DNA of 25,326 nt from Planctomycetota bacterium (GCA_029212955.1 JARGOW010000001.1:1119-26444), one strand, 5' to 3'; numbered from the stretch's first letter, positions 8,346-16,768 are shown. A program made the numbers and translations. Notes: a model not told the origin generated them from the sequence alone.

Positions 8346-9626
8346 ATGCGTTTCGTCCATCCCAGCCACGGCGATGCTGCGGTACGTCTGGCCTATTGCA
8401 CAAACCTGCATGCAGGGGAAACCCTCCCAGAAATTCAGCAGGGTTTGGAACGCCACACCGTTCGGGTGAAAGAGCAATTGCAGGAGTCGGGACCCTTTGG
8501 GGTCGGGCTGTATCTGCCCGCCAAGGTGGCCCTGCACCTGGCTTCGGCCCAGGGCGCCGGGGACTTGCAGGGCTTCGCCGCATGGCTGGAGCAGGCAGGT
8601 CTTGACCCGTTCACGTTCAACGCTTTTCCCTATGGTGGCTTCCAGCGGGACGGTTTGAAGGTGGCCGTTTATGACCCCACTTGGGATACGACGGACCGGG
8701 CGGCCTACACCGCAGCCGTCGCCCAGGTCGCGCCGCGATTGGCGGGTTGGAGCCAGGAACCTTCCAGGCACATTTCCATCAGCACCCATCCGGGAGCCCA
8801 CGTGAGTCAGGTGGGAACGGGTGTGGAAATCCCAGCGTGTGTTTCGGGCCTGGCCCGGGCGGTGGTGGACTTGGTGATGGGCCAGGATGATCGTGGCGCG
8901 CGAATTGTGCTTTCAGTGGAAGCCGAGCCCTGGGCGATCGCGGGGGATTCCGCCGCAATGGTTCGACACCTGGAAGCGGTTTCCCGGGAAGCCCAGGAGC
9001 TTTTGATCGGAGGCCACGGCTTCTCCGTAGAACAAGCCCGCACAGCCGTGGGGCAGAACCTGGGCACCTGCTTGGATGCTTGCCACAGCGCCGTAGAGTT
9101 CGAGCCCGCGGGGGATGCCGTGCGGCTGGCGCGCCGTGTGGGGAGCATGGGCAAACTGCAATACAGCAACGCGCTCAGCCTTTCCCGGCCGGGTTCGAAT
9201 CCCGAAGCGGTGGCCGCATTGCTGGCCCTGGACGAGCCACGATTCTTGCACCAGGTCAACGGAGGCGCCCAGGGGAAACTCGTACGCGCTTCGGATCTGG
9301 TCGATCTACAAGGCGATTTGGCGGGAGCGGATCGGTCGAGCTGGATGGACTGCGAGGAGTGGCGTTGTCATTTCCATGTGCCCGTAAACCTGCCGGAGTT
9401 CGCAGGTCTAGGAACCACCCAGGGCCACGCGGATGCGATCCTCCTGGACCTGTTGGAGGATCCCAGCGCATGGAACACAACCGAGTTGCACGTGGAGATT
9501 GAAACGTACACCTGGAACATCTTGCCAGGATCGAGCCCGGGGGGATTGGTCCCAGGCTTGGTGGCCGAGTATCGACATGTGCTCGATCTGCTTGCGGATC
9601 GGGGCTGGGTGCGCAACGACAACTAG
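8346..9626 (+). CDS. eboE: EboE-family TIM-barrel (xylose-isomerase-like) protein
   Basis: YCTNLHAGE, FTFNAFPYGGF, VYDPTW, ISISTHP, CLDACHSAVEFE, EPRFLHQV, EWRCHFHVP and HVEIETYTW match EboE motifs. Confidence 0.88.
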   Translation: MRFVHPSHGDAAVRLAYCTNLHAGETLPEIQQGLERHTVRVKEQLQESGPFGVGLYLPAKVALHLASAQGAGDLQGFAAWLEQAGLDPFTFNAFPYGGFQRDGLKVAVYDPTWDTTDRAAYTAAVAQVAPRLAGWSQEPSRHISISTHPGAHVSQVGTGVEIPACVSGLARAVVDLVMGQDDRGARIVLSVEAEPWAIAGDSAAMVRHLEAVSREAQELLIGGHGFSVEQARTAVGQNLGTCLDACHSAVEFEPAGDAVRLARRVGSMGKLQYSNALSLSRPGSNPEAVAALLALDEPRFLHQVNGGAQGKLVRASDLVDLQGDLAGADRSSWMDCEEWRCHFHVPVNLPEFAGLGTTQGHADAILLDLLEDPSAWNTTELHVEIETYTWNILPGSSPGGLVPGLVAEYRHVLDLLADRGWVRNDN

Positions 9627-9698
9627 TCGGGTTGCAGGCCTTCCCGCCGTCTTGGAGTGGCGCTCCCTTCCGTTGAATGTCGAAGTACCCAGGTCCGC

Positions 9699-10481
9699 TT
9701 AAGAAGTCTTGCGGCGGCCAATTCTGGCGGAACGGGGGGGCAAATCACTCCCGTCGACCATTTGTCGCATCCGCTCAAATTGCCAAGTGCGATACCAACC
9801 AGGTCCCAATCCCCAGATGCGGTGATCTTGAATCCGCACGGGGGTCCATCCAAGCCTTTCCATTTCTAGACCATGGTCGTAGATCGGGTGCATGGCATTG
9901 CGCGTAAGGGCAGCGCAACCCGAGAGGGGGATGATGTGATGGAGGCGCTGCAACGCCCGCAGGAGCCGGGACCCAACCAGGGGACGAAAATCCGCCACGT
10001 GCATGGCGCCCGCATCCCCGAGGAAACTGGACAGTCGGTTCCTCATGGCACGCATGGCTGGGGGGGCAAACACGTTGAGGAAATGGTTGGCGACCACGTG
10101 ATCGAATGGCACATCGGGTTGCCAGTCCATGAGGTCCGCTTGCACGAAGTCCATGGAAACAGCCTGGCGCTTCGCGAGCTTGCGCGCGATTCGAATCATG
10201 GCAGGGGAGCGATCCACATAGGTGACCCTTACCCCGGATCGAGCAGCGACGATGGCGGCTCGTCCCTGGCCACCACCCGCATAAAGGGCCCGGCTACCGG
10301 GGGCCATGTTTTCGATCTGGCAGCGCCTCGAACGCCAAATGGCCCGACCGCTCCAGAGCGTGGTGCAAGCGTCGTAGATGGGGGCCGCTAGGCGGTATAA
10401 GTCACAGGGCGGACCGGTGTTCTCCACGCGATCGGCCTTAGGGGATACCGGGGTCCCAGCCGGGTCGGGGTGGGGGTCCAT
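9699..10481 (-). CDS. Class I SAM-dependent methyltransferase
   Basis: Motif I ALYAGGGQG, post-I VTYVDRSPAM, motif II FDHVVANHFL. SD-like AGGAG at 10493-10489, 7 nt before the ATG. Confidence 0.85.
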   Translation of the reverse strand: MDPHPDPAGTPVSPKADRVENTGPPCDLYRLAAPIYDACTTLWSGRAIWRSRRCQIENMAPGSRALYAGGGQGRAAIVAARSGVRVTYVDRSPAMIRIARKLAKRQAVSMDFVQADLMDWQPDVPFDHVVANHFLNVFAPPAMRAMRNRLSSFLGDAGAMHVADFRPLVGSRLLRALQRLHHIIPLSGCAALTRNAMHPIYDHGLEMERLGWTPVRIQDHRIWGLGPGWYRTWQFERMRQMVDGSDLPPRSARIGRRKTS

Positions 10482-10524
10482 CGTCGATCTCCTGGAGTGA
10501 ACTCAAACGGGAGAGAGATGGAAG

Positions 10525-10602
10525 TGGTGACCCCCAGGGGATTTGAACCCCTGTCGCCAGGATGAAAACCTGGTGTCCTAGGCCAGACTAGACGAGGGGG
10601 CC
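10525..10602 (-). tRNA. tRNA-Glu (anticodon UUC), CCA encoded
   Basis: Reverse complement reads GGCCCCC-TC-GTCTAGTCTGGCCTAGGAC-A-CCAGG-TTTTCAT-CCTGG-CGAC-AGGGG-TTCAAAT-CCCCT-GGGGGTC-ACCA. Confidence 0.98.
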
Positions 10603-10641
10603 ACCGAAGTCGCCGGGGCCAATGGCCGCTGCGATGGGGGG

Positions 10642-10690
10642 AATTTACGGAGCCCGGCGGGGGGTGTCAATCGGCAGGACCTTTTTTTTT
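10642..10690 (-). promoter_or_regulatory. Strong sigma70-type promoter for tRNA-Glu with UP-like A-tract
   Basis: Minus strand TTGACA (10670-10665), 17 bp, TAAATT (10647-10642), then a C-rich discriminator. A9 tract at 10690-10682, about -47 to -55. Confidence 0.7.
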
Positions 10691-10772
10691 CCTGGGCGAA
10701 GGATTCCACGAAGATCCGGTGAATCGGATCCGTGGATGGGGGGTTTTGGGCCGGCCGAAATCTGGCTCGAAT

Positions 10773-11705
10773 CTAGACGGATGTCGCCCGTGGATGGGAC
10801 TTCTCATACACCTCGCGCAGTCGTTCGATGGACACGTGGGTGTAGATTTGAGTGGTGGTCAAATGGGCGTGACCCAGGAGCTCCTGGACCGCGCGCAGGT
10901 CGGCCCCGCCGTCGAGCAGGTGGGTTGCGAAACTATGTCGCAGGGTGTGGGGGGTGACCCTTCTTGGGATGTTGGCTGCCAGGGCGTGCTTGGCCACGAT
11001 GCGTTCCAAGGAGCGCGTGGTGAGGCGTGTTCCATTGCGACCTAGAAAAATCGCTTCGCAGGCGTTGAGCTTTGCCTGGGGACGTCGGGGGTCGCTCAAG
11101 TATTCATTGAGTGCTTCGACGGAAAATCGGCCCAGGGCTCCCAGGCGCTCCTTCTTTCCCTTTCCGAGGATCCGGACCAAGCCGCGTGCCAGGTCCAAAT
11201 GGGGGCGATCCAATGCGACGGTTTCCGCGGCTCGGGTGCCCGCGGAGTACATGACTTCGAACAGGGCCGCGTCGCGCAATCCGGGCAATGTGGTTCGGTC
11301 GGGAGCCGCCATCAAGGCCTCGGCCTCCTGCCTGGAGAGCACGCCCGGCAGGTAGCGGCCACTGCGCCGTTTGCGGAGCCCCACACTGGGATCGGACTCG
11401 ATGTGGCCTTCGGCTAGCAGGTCTTTGAAGAATGTGCGCATGCTCGAGAGCTTGCGCTGCATGCTAGATGAGGCCAATTGGCGCTCGTCCAATTCAGCCA
11501 GGTATTGACGTACATGGCGTGTGGTGATTTGCCCCGGATCTTGAACACCCCATTCCTCAAGGAACGAGGCGAGCTCGGAAAGGTCCTGGGCGTAGGCCTT
11601 GAGCGTATGTTCGCTCAAGGATCGGCCGTGGGCCAGGACGTGCAAAAAACGATCGACCCACGCGAATAGGTCAGCGTTCACCTCGGAGGGGCTTGGACTG
11701 GCCAT
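10773..11705 (-). CDS. xerC: Tyrosine recombinase XerC (310 aa; start MASPS at 11705)
   Basis: N-terminal SEHTLKAYAQDL. Catalytic R (GTRAAE), K (GKGKKER), HxxR (HTLRHSFATH), H (LLGH) and Y (TQIYTH) are intact. C-terminal LREVYEKSHPRA is XerC-like; XerD is not fully excluded. Confidence 0.88.
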   Translation of the reverse strand: MASPSPSEVNADLFAWVDRFLHVLAHGRSLSEHTLKAYAQDLSELASFLEEWGVQDPGQITTRHVRQYLAELDERQLASSSMQRKLSSMRTFFKDLLAEGHIESDPSVGLRKRRSGRYLPGVLSRQEAEALMAAPDRTTLPGLRDAALFEVMYSAGTRAAETVALDRPHLDLARGLVRILGKGKKERLGALGRFSVEALNEYLSDPRRPQAKLNACEAIFLGRNGTRLTTRSLERIVAKHALAANIPRRVTPHTLRHSFATHLLDGGADLRAVQELLGHAHLTTTQIYTHVSIERLREVYEKSHPRATSV

Positions 11706-11769
11706 GGTCGTGGGTCGTTGATTGGGCCCGAGTCCCAGTAGGGGAGGCCGAATGAAGAGGGGGCTTGGC

Positions 11770-12114
11770 TTAGCGGCGGGAGCGCTTCTTTCCTTTCTTG
11801 CCTTCTTCGGGTTTCTTGGCGGGGGAACCCAGGGCTTTGGCCTGGGCGCGCCATGCTCCGAGCAGGATCTCGCGGGACTTGGGGTTGATGCCCGCTGTGA
11901 AGCCGGCTTCTTCAGCAGCGTCCAGGGAGGTGAGTAGGGCGGCGGCGGCCTTTTGCTGGGCCTCCATGGAGCCGCGCATTTCCTGCACGTGGGCTTCCAG
12001 CACCTGAACCCGAAGGGCAAGGCCGGCATTGGCGTCGTCCTGGGGCATGGCGCTGAGGGTCAGGAAGCCAAGGGCGAGGATCGGAAGTACGGTGTCTCTG
12101 AATCGGATTTGCAT
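11770..12114 (-). CDS. Small hypothetical exported protein with coiled coil and basic tail
   Basis: Signal-like MQIRFRDTVLPILALGFLTLSA, heptad-like LALRVQVLEAHVQEMRGSM, C-terminal KKPEEGKKGKKRSRR. Sits between the MFS gene and xerC on the same strand. Confidence 0.7.
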   Translation of the reverse strand: MQIRFRDTVLPILALGFLTLSAMPQDDANAGLALRVQVLEAHVQEMRGSMEAQQKAAAALLTSLDAAEEAGFTAGINPKSREILLGAWRAQAKALGSPAKKPEEGKKGKKRSRR

Positions 12115-12229
12115 AACAGTGAAGACTATCGAGTCGCTTTGCCTAGAGCTTGACCTCCGTTTGCCATGAAATGCGCGTTCTGGAGCTTGGGGAGGTCCCT
12201 GGGGCGCATTCCTGGGTCAGGAAGCCCCG

Positions 12230-13573
12230 TTACTGGGCGGATTCCGGCTCTTCGGCCGGGGCCAAGGGCTCGGGTTGGGGCAGGGCTCGTGCCAGCATGA
12301 GGGGCCAAACCAAGGCTGCGGCACCCAGGAAATAGGGCGCCCAGGGCGCGATGGCGTAGAACAACAGGCCACCCAGGAGCGGCCCAATCGTCCGCGAGAG
12401 GGACCCGAGCGAGCGGAAAACACCGAGGGCCAAGCCCTGGTGTTGGACGGGCGCGTAGCGGGAAACCAGCGCGGACAGGCACGGCATGACCAGTGCGCTA
12501 CCCGCTGCCAGGAAAAATAGACCCCCGTACAGCATGCCCGTCGTTTGGGTCATGCCGACCATGACAAGGCCAGGAAGGGTGGCAGCCATGCCCACGAATG
12601 CCAAGCGGACCTCTCCGATTTTGGGGGCCAGGCGACGTACGAATCCACCCTGGATCAGGGCGATCATCAAACCGACGAACACGAACATCCACATGTTTTG
12701 GCGCGGGCCGTATTGCAGGCGATCCGAGGCCAGGAAGGTGAGCGTGAATTCCATGGATCCAAACACCAGGAAGTAGAAAAAGTACGCCATGTTGGCGCGA
12801 CGCAGGCCCGGGTGCCCGAGTTTCTTGAGGTTAGCCCAAGGACGCAGGGTGCGCTCGCCCTCCCCCGCGTGGTTTTTCGGATCGAGCGTTTCTGGAAAGC
12901 TCTTGGCCGCCCAGACAAAATTGAACAGCGCCATGCACAGGGCCAGGAATGCGGGCCCGGAGAACGGGTGCAAACCAAAGTGAGCCCATTCGGGGAATTG
13001 CTGCAAAACGTCCCAACTGGCCGATATTCCACCGATTGCAGGTCCAAACACAAAACCAAGGCCAATGCCGGCACCGATCATTCCCATGCCGTGGGCCCGA
13101 TTCCTTTCGGTGGTCACGTCCGCCACCGCAGCCGATGCGGTGGAAATGTTTCCGGCCATGATTCCGCCCAGCAAACGTGAGAGAAGCAACAACAGGAATG
13201 TGTCGGCAAAAATCCAGGCAACATAACCAAGGACCGTGCCAAACAGGGTGATCAAGAGGATGCGTCGGCGACCAAATCGGTCCGAGAGGGACCCCCATAT
13301 GGGTGCCATCAAGAACTGGCACAGGGAGTAGATGGAGCCGAGCAGACCACCGAAGAAAGCGTGAACTGCCAGGGATTGCAGGGGGTCCTCGGCCCCGACC
13401 CAGCGGCCCAGGGTCTCAGCGATGCGTCCCACAAAACTTGCCGTGCCCTCTTCGCCAATGTAATGGCGCAGCATGTCTGGAAAGAGGGGAAACAGGATCG
13501 AGAAGCCGACCATGTCCAGGAAGACGGTCAGGAAGGCCAAGCCCATCACGGTGCGAGATTTGTCATTCTGCAT
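12230..13573 (-). CDS. MFS transporter, DHA1/TetA-like
   Basis: TVFLDMVGFSILFPLFP, motif A GSLSDRFGRRRILL, motif B SRLLGG, GIGLGFVFGPAIGG; about 12 hydrophobic segments. Confidence 0.92.
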   Translation of the reverse strand: MQNDKSRTVMGLAFLTVFLDMVGFSILFPLFPDMLRHYIGEEGTASFVGRIAETLGRWVGAEDPLQSLAVHAFFGGLLGSIYSLCQFLMAPIWGSLSDRFGRRRILLITLFGTVLGYVAWIFADTFLLLLLSRLLGGIMAGNISTASAAVADVTTERNRAHGMGMIGAGIGLGFVFGPAIGGISASWDVLQQFPEWAHFGLHPFSGPAFLALCMALFNFVWAAKSFPETLDPKNHAGEGERTLRPWANLKKLGHPGLRRANMAYFFYFLVFGSMEFTLTFLASDRLQYGPRQNMWMFVFVGLMIALIQGGFVRRLAPKIGEVRLAFVGMAATLPGLVMVGMTQTTGMLYGGLFFLAAGSALVMPCLSALVSRYAPVQHQGLALGVFRSLGSLSRTIGPLLGGLLFYAIAPWAPYFLGAAALVWPLMLARALPQPEPLAPAEEPESAQ

Positions 13574-13891
13574 GGGGCGCCGTGATACCCGATCTTCGGG
13601 CTAGATCAACGGGCAACCCGGGCTTCCTTGGGTTGGAGTGCCTGCAACTGGTCCGGTGTCCTGTGGCGGGGAAGGAACAGAATTTGACCTCCGGGGAGGA
13701 CGGATCGGGGTTTGGAACCCCATTTGGGGACCGCTGGGCGTCATTCCGGGGACGGCACGCCCTTTGCGCATGTCTTTGTCCTGCCTTTGTGGCAACGAAT
13801 CCGTTGGAGGATTCGTACCCTATGGAGCCGGAGCGCAAGTTCCGGTCCTTTGACCCGGGTTTCCATCCGTCCCTGAACTCCTATCCCTCCC

Positions 13892-14728
13892 ATGCGATCC
13901 ATTTCCAAAGTTACCCGTGGCGCCGTTTTGGTGCTCACGCCTTTCCTTTGTGGGCCTGCGTTCGCGGCCATCGCGCTGCCTTCGCTCCCCGTTTCCATCT
14001 CCACCCAAGACGATGAGGAGGAGATTCCCGACAAGCGCGACGAGGTCAAAGCGCTCCTAGTTGACCTGAAGGGGCAGGTCAAAAAGCGAGGCACGGAAGA
14101 CGAGGCCGCGAAGGCCACGATCGAAACGCTGATGGCGGAATTCGAGAAGTCCGGGCCCAAGGACCGCAAGTCCATCGTCAAAGGCATCGCGGACTGCTTC
14201 AAGCAGAAGCGTGGCCACTCCGACGAAAAGGGCTATGACAACAATTTGTACATGGCAGCAGCCGTTTCCCTTTCTTTCATGGGCCCCGAAAGTGTCAAGC
14301 CGCTAGCCAAACTGATCGGCGACAAAAAGCATCGGGCGAACCTGGAGCTGCAGGCTCGCATCATCCAATCCCTCGGCAAGACCAAGTCGGAGGACGCCGT
14401 CAAGCCGCTCTTGGACCTGCTTGGACACAAGGACTACCAGATCGAGCAGGCGGCCGCCCAAGCCCTTGGCAACTTTGCCGAGCTCAAAGAGAAGCCGCGC
14501 AAGGTGGTTTTCGAGGAGGTGCTGAAGGCGTTGATGTCCGCATACAACAACAAGGAAGCGGACACCTCGAACCAGCAACCCGAAGTGCACAAGCGCTATG
14601 ACGCGGTTTCGTCCTCCATGGTCACAACCTTGCAAGCCCTCTCGGGACATGAGGAGGGAACCCCGCCCCAGTGGCAGACCTGGTGGAACAAAAACAAGCG
14701 TGCGGACTGGTCGGAGTTGGACGATTGA
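13892..14728 (+). CDS. Exported HEAT-repeat protein
   Basis: Signal-like N-terminus ending GPAFA. HEAT-like units YMAAAVSLSFMG, QARIIQSLGKTKSEDAVKPLLDLL and EQAAAQALGNF. C-terminal WQTWWNKNK. Confidence 0.8.
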   Translation: MRSISKVTRGAVLVLTPFLCGPAFAAIALPSLPVSISTQDDEEEIPDKRDEVKALLVDLKGQVKKRGTEDEAAKATIETLMAEFEKSGPKDRKSIVKGIADCFKQKRGHSDEKGYDNNLYMAAAVSLSFMGPESVKPLAKLIGDKKHRANLELQARIIQSLGKTKSEDAVKPLLDLLGHKDYQIEQAAAQALGNFAELKEKPRKVVFEEVLKALMSAYNNKEADTSNQQPEVHKRYDAVSSSMVTTLQALSGHEEGTPPQWQTWWNKNKRADWSELDD

Positions 14729-14760
14729 TCCCCGACCCGGTCGAGCGATGCCAAGGCCCC

Positions 14761-15429
14761 ATGCCTCCCCAGCGGAGGCGTGGGGTCCTGGCATTTGTGC
14801 CTGGGCGAGCCCTGGCAATTGCCTATTGCGCCCTGCTCACCTCCGTGCTTTCGGCCTGCTCCGGAGAATCTACGGCTCCGTCCAATGCCTCCCAAGCGCA
14901 AGCGAGCGCCACCCAGCCTTCGGCCCCCTGGATGCGCTTCGAGGGTGAAACCGCCTGGGCCGGGCATGGCGTCCATGCACAACTTCGCCCGCTCGTGTCC
15001 TCGGAGGAGCGACGGGATTTTGATTCGGCCGCGTGGAGATTGAAGCCAGGCCATATCGTCTGGAGCTTGCAAATCTCCATGGATCCCACGCCCGGCGAAA
15101 ACGCCGATCTCCCCGGTGCATCGACTGTGGACCTGGCAACTGTGGGGGTGCAAGCGGACGGAGGACTTTCGTTGCACTTTTTGAATGGTGGGGAAGTCCC
15201 CAGCGAGCTCGGCGTCTACGATCCCGTACGGGTTTTGCTCGGTCCGCCGGCCCAGGAATTAGCAGGGGGCCAGGTGGTTTCCCTGGCCCTTGTCGGCCCA
15301 TCGGGGCTGCAGAATCCGAAACTGTCGGGGTTGCCTTTCGAGCTGGCCCTGTCCCACGAGGAAACCGAAACCGCCCAAGAGCCCAGGGACATTCCAATCC
15401 TGGATTTCACGGGGCAACACAAGCAGTGA
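14761..15429 (+). CDS. Putative lipoprotein of unknown function (222 aa)
   Basis: Basic N-region RRR, hydrophobic stretch, lipobox L-S-A-C (Cys33), followed by a Ser/Ala/Gln linker. Start at 14761 avoids overlap with the HEAT gene. Confidence 0.7.
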   Translation: MPPQRRRGVLAFVPGRALAIAYCALLTSVLSACSGESTAPSNASQAQASATQPSAPWMRFEGETAWAGHGVHAQLRPLVSSEERRDFDSAAWRLKPGHIVWSLQISMDPTPGENADLPGASTVDLATVGVQADGGLSLHFLNGGEVPSELGVYDPVRVLLGPPAQELAGGQVVSLALVGPSGLQNPKLSGLPFELALSHEETETAQEPRDIPILDFTGQHKQ

Positions 15430-15439
15430 GCGCCAACCC

Positions 15440-16603
15440 ATGACTCTCCGAAGCATTCTACTCCCTGGTTCTATTTTGCTTTTGATTGCCGGCCTGGTCT
15501 GGGGCCAGGAAGAGACCGTGGATGACAAGCAACCCCCGGCTGTGCTTGTCGACCCGGAAGATGCATGGCGCCTGCGCGAAATGGAATTGATGGCGCGTAT
15601 TCGAGGCCTGGAGCTGGAGTTGGTTCAGGAGCGCGCCGTGCGCATGAAGCGCGAGCAAGAATGGCTCGAATTCACAAAGTTGTTGGCCCTGCTGCCCGAG
15701 GAAAAGCGCCCGGAGCTCCCCCAGTTTTTGGCGGACAAGGCGCCACAAAAAGGTGCAGCCTCCAACGGAATCGCCCCTGAAAACGCTGCCAAGGAGTTCG
15801 AATCCCAGCGCCAATTGGAGCGGGCAGCGGAAATCAAAAACATCCTCAGGGCCTACCTTCGTGCGGAAGGGGTACGCGCCCTGGACCTGCTCGAAGTCGG
15901 ACTGGTCGGGGCTGGGTATATCGGCCCGGTCGTGGCCAGGCAGCTGGATGAGAATGGCCGATTCCTCTCCACCCTGGTGGCGGATCGATTGCGTTTGGAG
16001 AAGAGTCGATCGGGCTTCACCCTGACCCTGGTTCTGGAGAGTGGTTACGAACGCCGCGGGGGCCCGGTCTGGCCGTTCCCCAAGGAACACAACCAGGGGG
16101 ACGCATCGACGGACGAATCCGGCGCGGCTACTTCCGTGGAGGAGGCGCGAAGAACGGGAGTTCTTCGCATCCCCCTGGCAGGAGTGAAGCCGGGCCCCTG
16201 GTTGCAAGCCCTGCCCGAGTTGTTTTCACCTGAAGATCTGGATCACAAGGTGAGTGATGGGCGGCACAACTCCTTCACCCTGCGATATTCGATGAACGAA
16301 CTCCTGGAGAAGCCGCGACAGGGCGGCCGATGGCGTTTGGTTTCCCTGGGGGGAGTGGTGGGAACCCAATGGAGGGACATTCACCTGGCGGAGTTGGCCC
16401 TGGATGGGCACGTGGTACGTCGCATTTTTGCCGACCGGGGTCAGCTGTCCTTGCAGGGCGACAACTTGATGTTTGCTCTGGAGTCGGGCGCCCAGGAGCG
16501 GGATGGGGAGCGAACCCCATTCCTGGCGGGCCGCTACACCTTGGTATTGACCCAGGTGGATCGAGGGGCCTGGTTGGCCGCGGGATTGCCGGGATTGAAC
16601 TGA
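15440..16603 (+). CDS. Exported protein with coiled coil and internally duplicated domain (387 aa)
   Basis: Signal MTLRSILLPGSILLLIAGLVWG-QEE; ATG 10 bp after the upstream stop. Coiled-coil-like aa ~42-85. Two copies of an ADR...LESG motif. Confidence 0.75.
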   Translation: MTLRSILLPGSILLLIAGLVWGQEETVDDKQPPAVLVDPEDAWRLREMELMARIRGLELELVQERAVRMKREQEWLEFTKLLALLPEEKRPELPQFLADKAPQKGAASNGIAPENAAKEFESQRQLERAAEIKNILRAYLRAEGVRALDLLEVGLVGAGYIGPVVARQLDENGRFLSTLVADRLRLEKSRSGFTLTLVLESGYERRGGPVWPFPKEHNQGDASTDESGAATSVEEARRTGVLRIPLAGVKPGPWLQALPELFSPEDLDHKVSDGRHNSFTLRYSMNELLEKPRQGGRWRLVSLGGVVGTQWRDIHLAELALDGHVVRRIFADRGQLSLQGDNLMFALESGAQERDGERTPFLAGRYTLVLTQVDRGAWLAAGLPGLN

Positions 16604-16768
16604 ATCAAGTGGGGCTCGAGGTGGGCCCGTTCGGGCAGATGCATATCATCTGTCGGTAAGCGGGTCATTCACAGGTGATCTTAGCCCAATGGGAGTCCGT
16701 CCTTGGTTCCAGTTCGGTTCCTGGATCCAGGGCCGATCTTCTGGAGCACGGGGCGAGACACCATGGGC

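Noticed and set aside
10525-11705. Tyrosine recombinase next to a tRNA, suggesting an integrated element
   Set aside because: The protein has housekeeping XerC features. It lies on the 5' side of the tRNA rather than the 3' side where integrases usually sit. I saw no duplicated tRNA 3' end (att site) and no phage or plasmid genes.
11706-12029. 108-aa N-terminal extension of XerC
   Set aside because: It overlaps the better-supported small exported gene in another frame; XerC homology begins after MASPS at 11705.
14671-15439. Longer starts for the lipoprotein (14671) and the duplicated-domain protein (15290)
   Set aside because: Both overlap upstream genes and bury the signal peptides; starts at 14761 and 15440 give proper N-terminal export signals.
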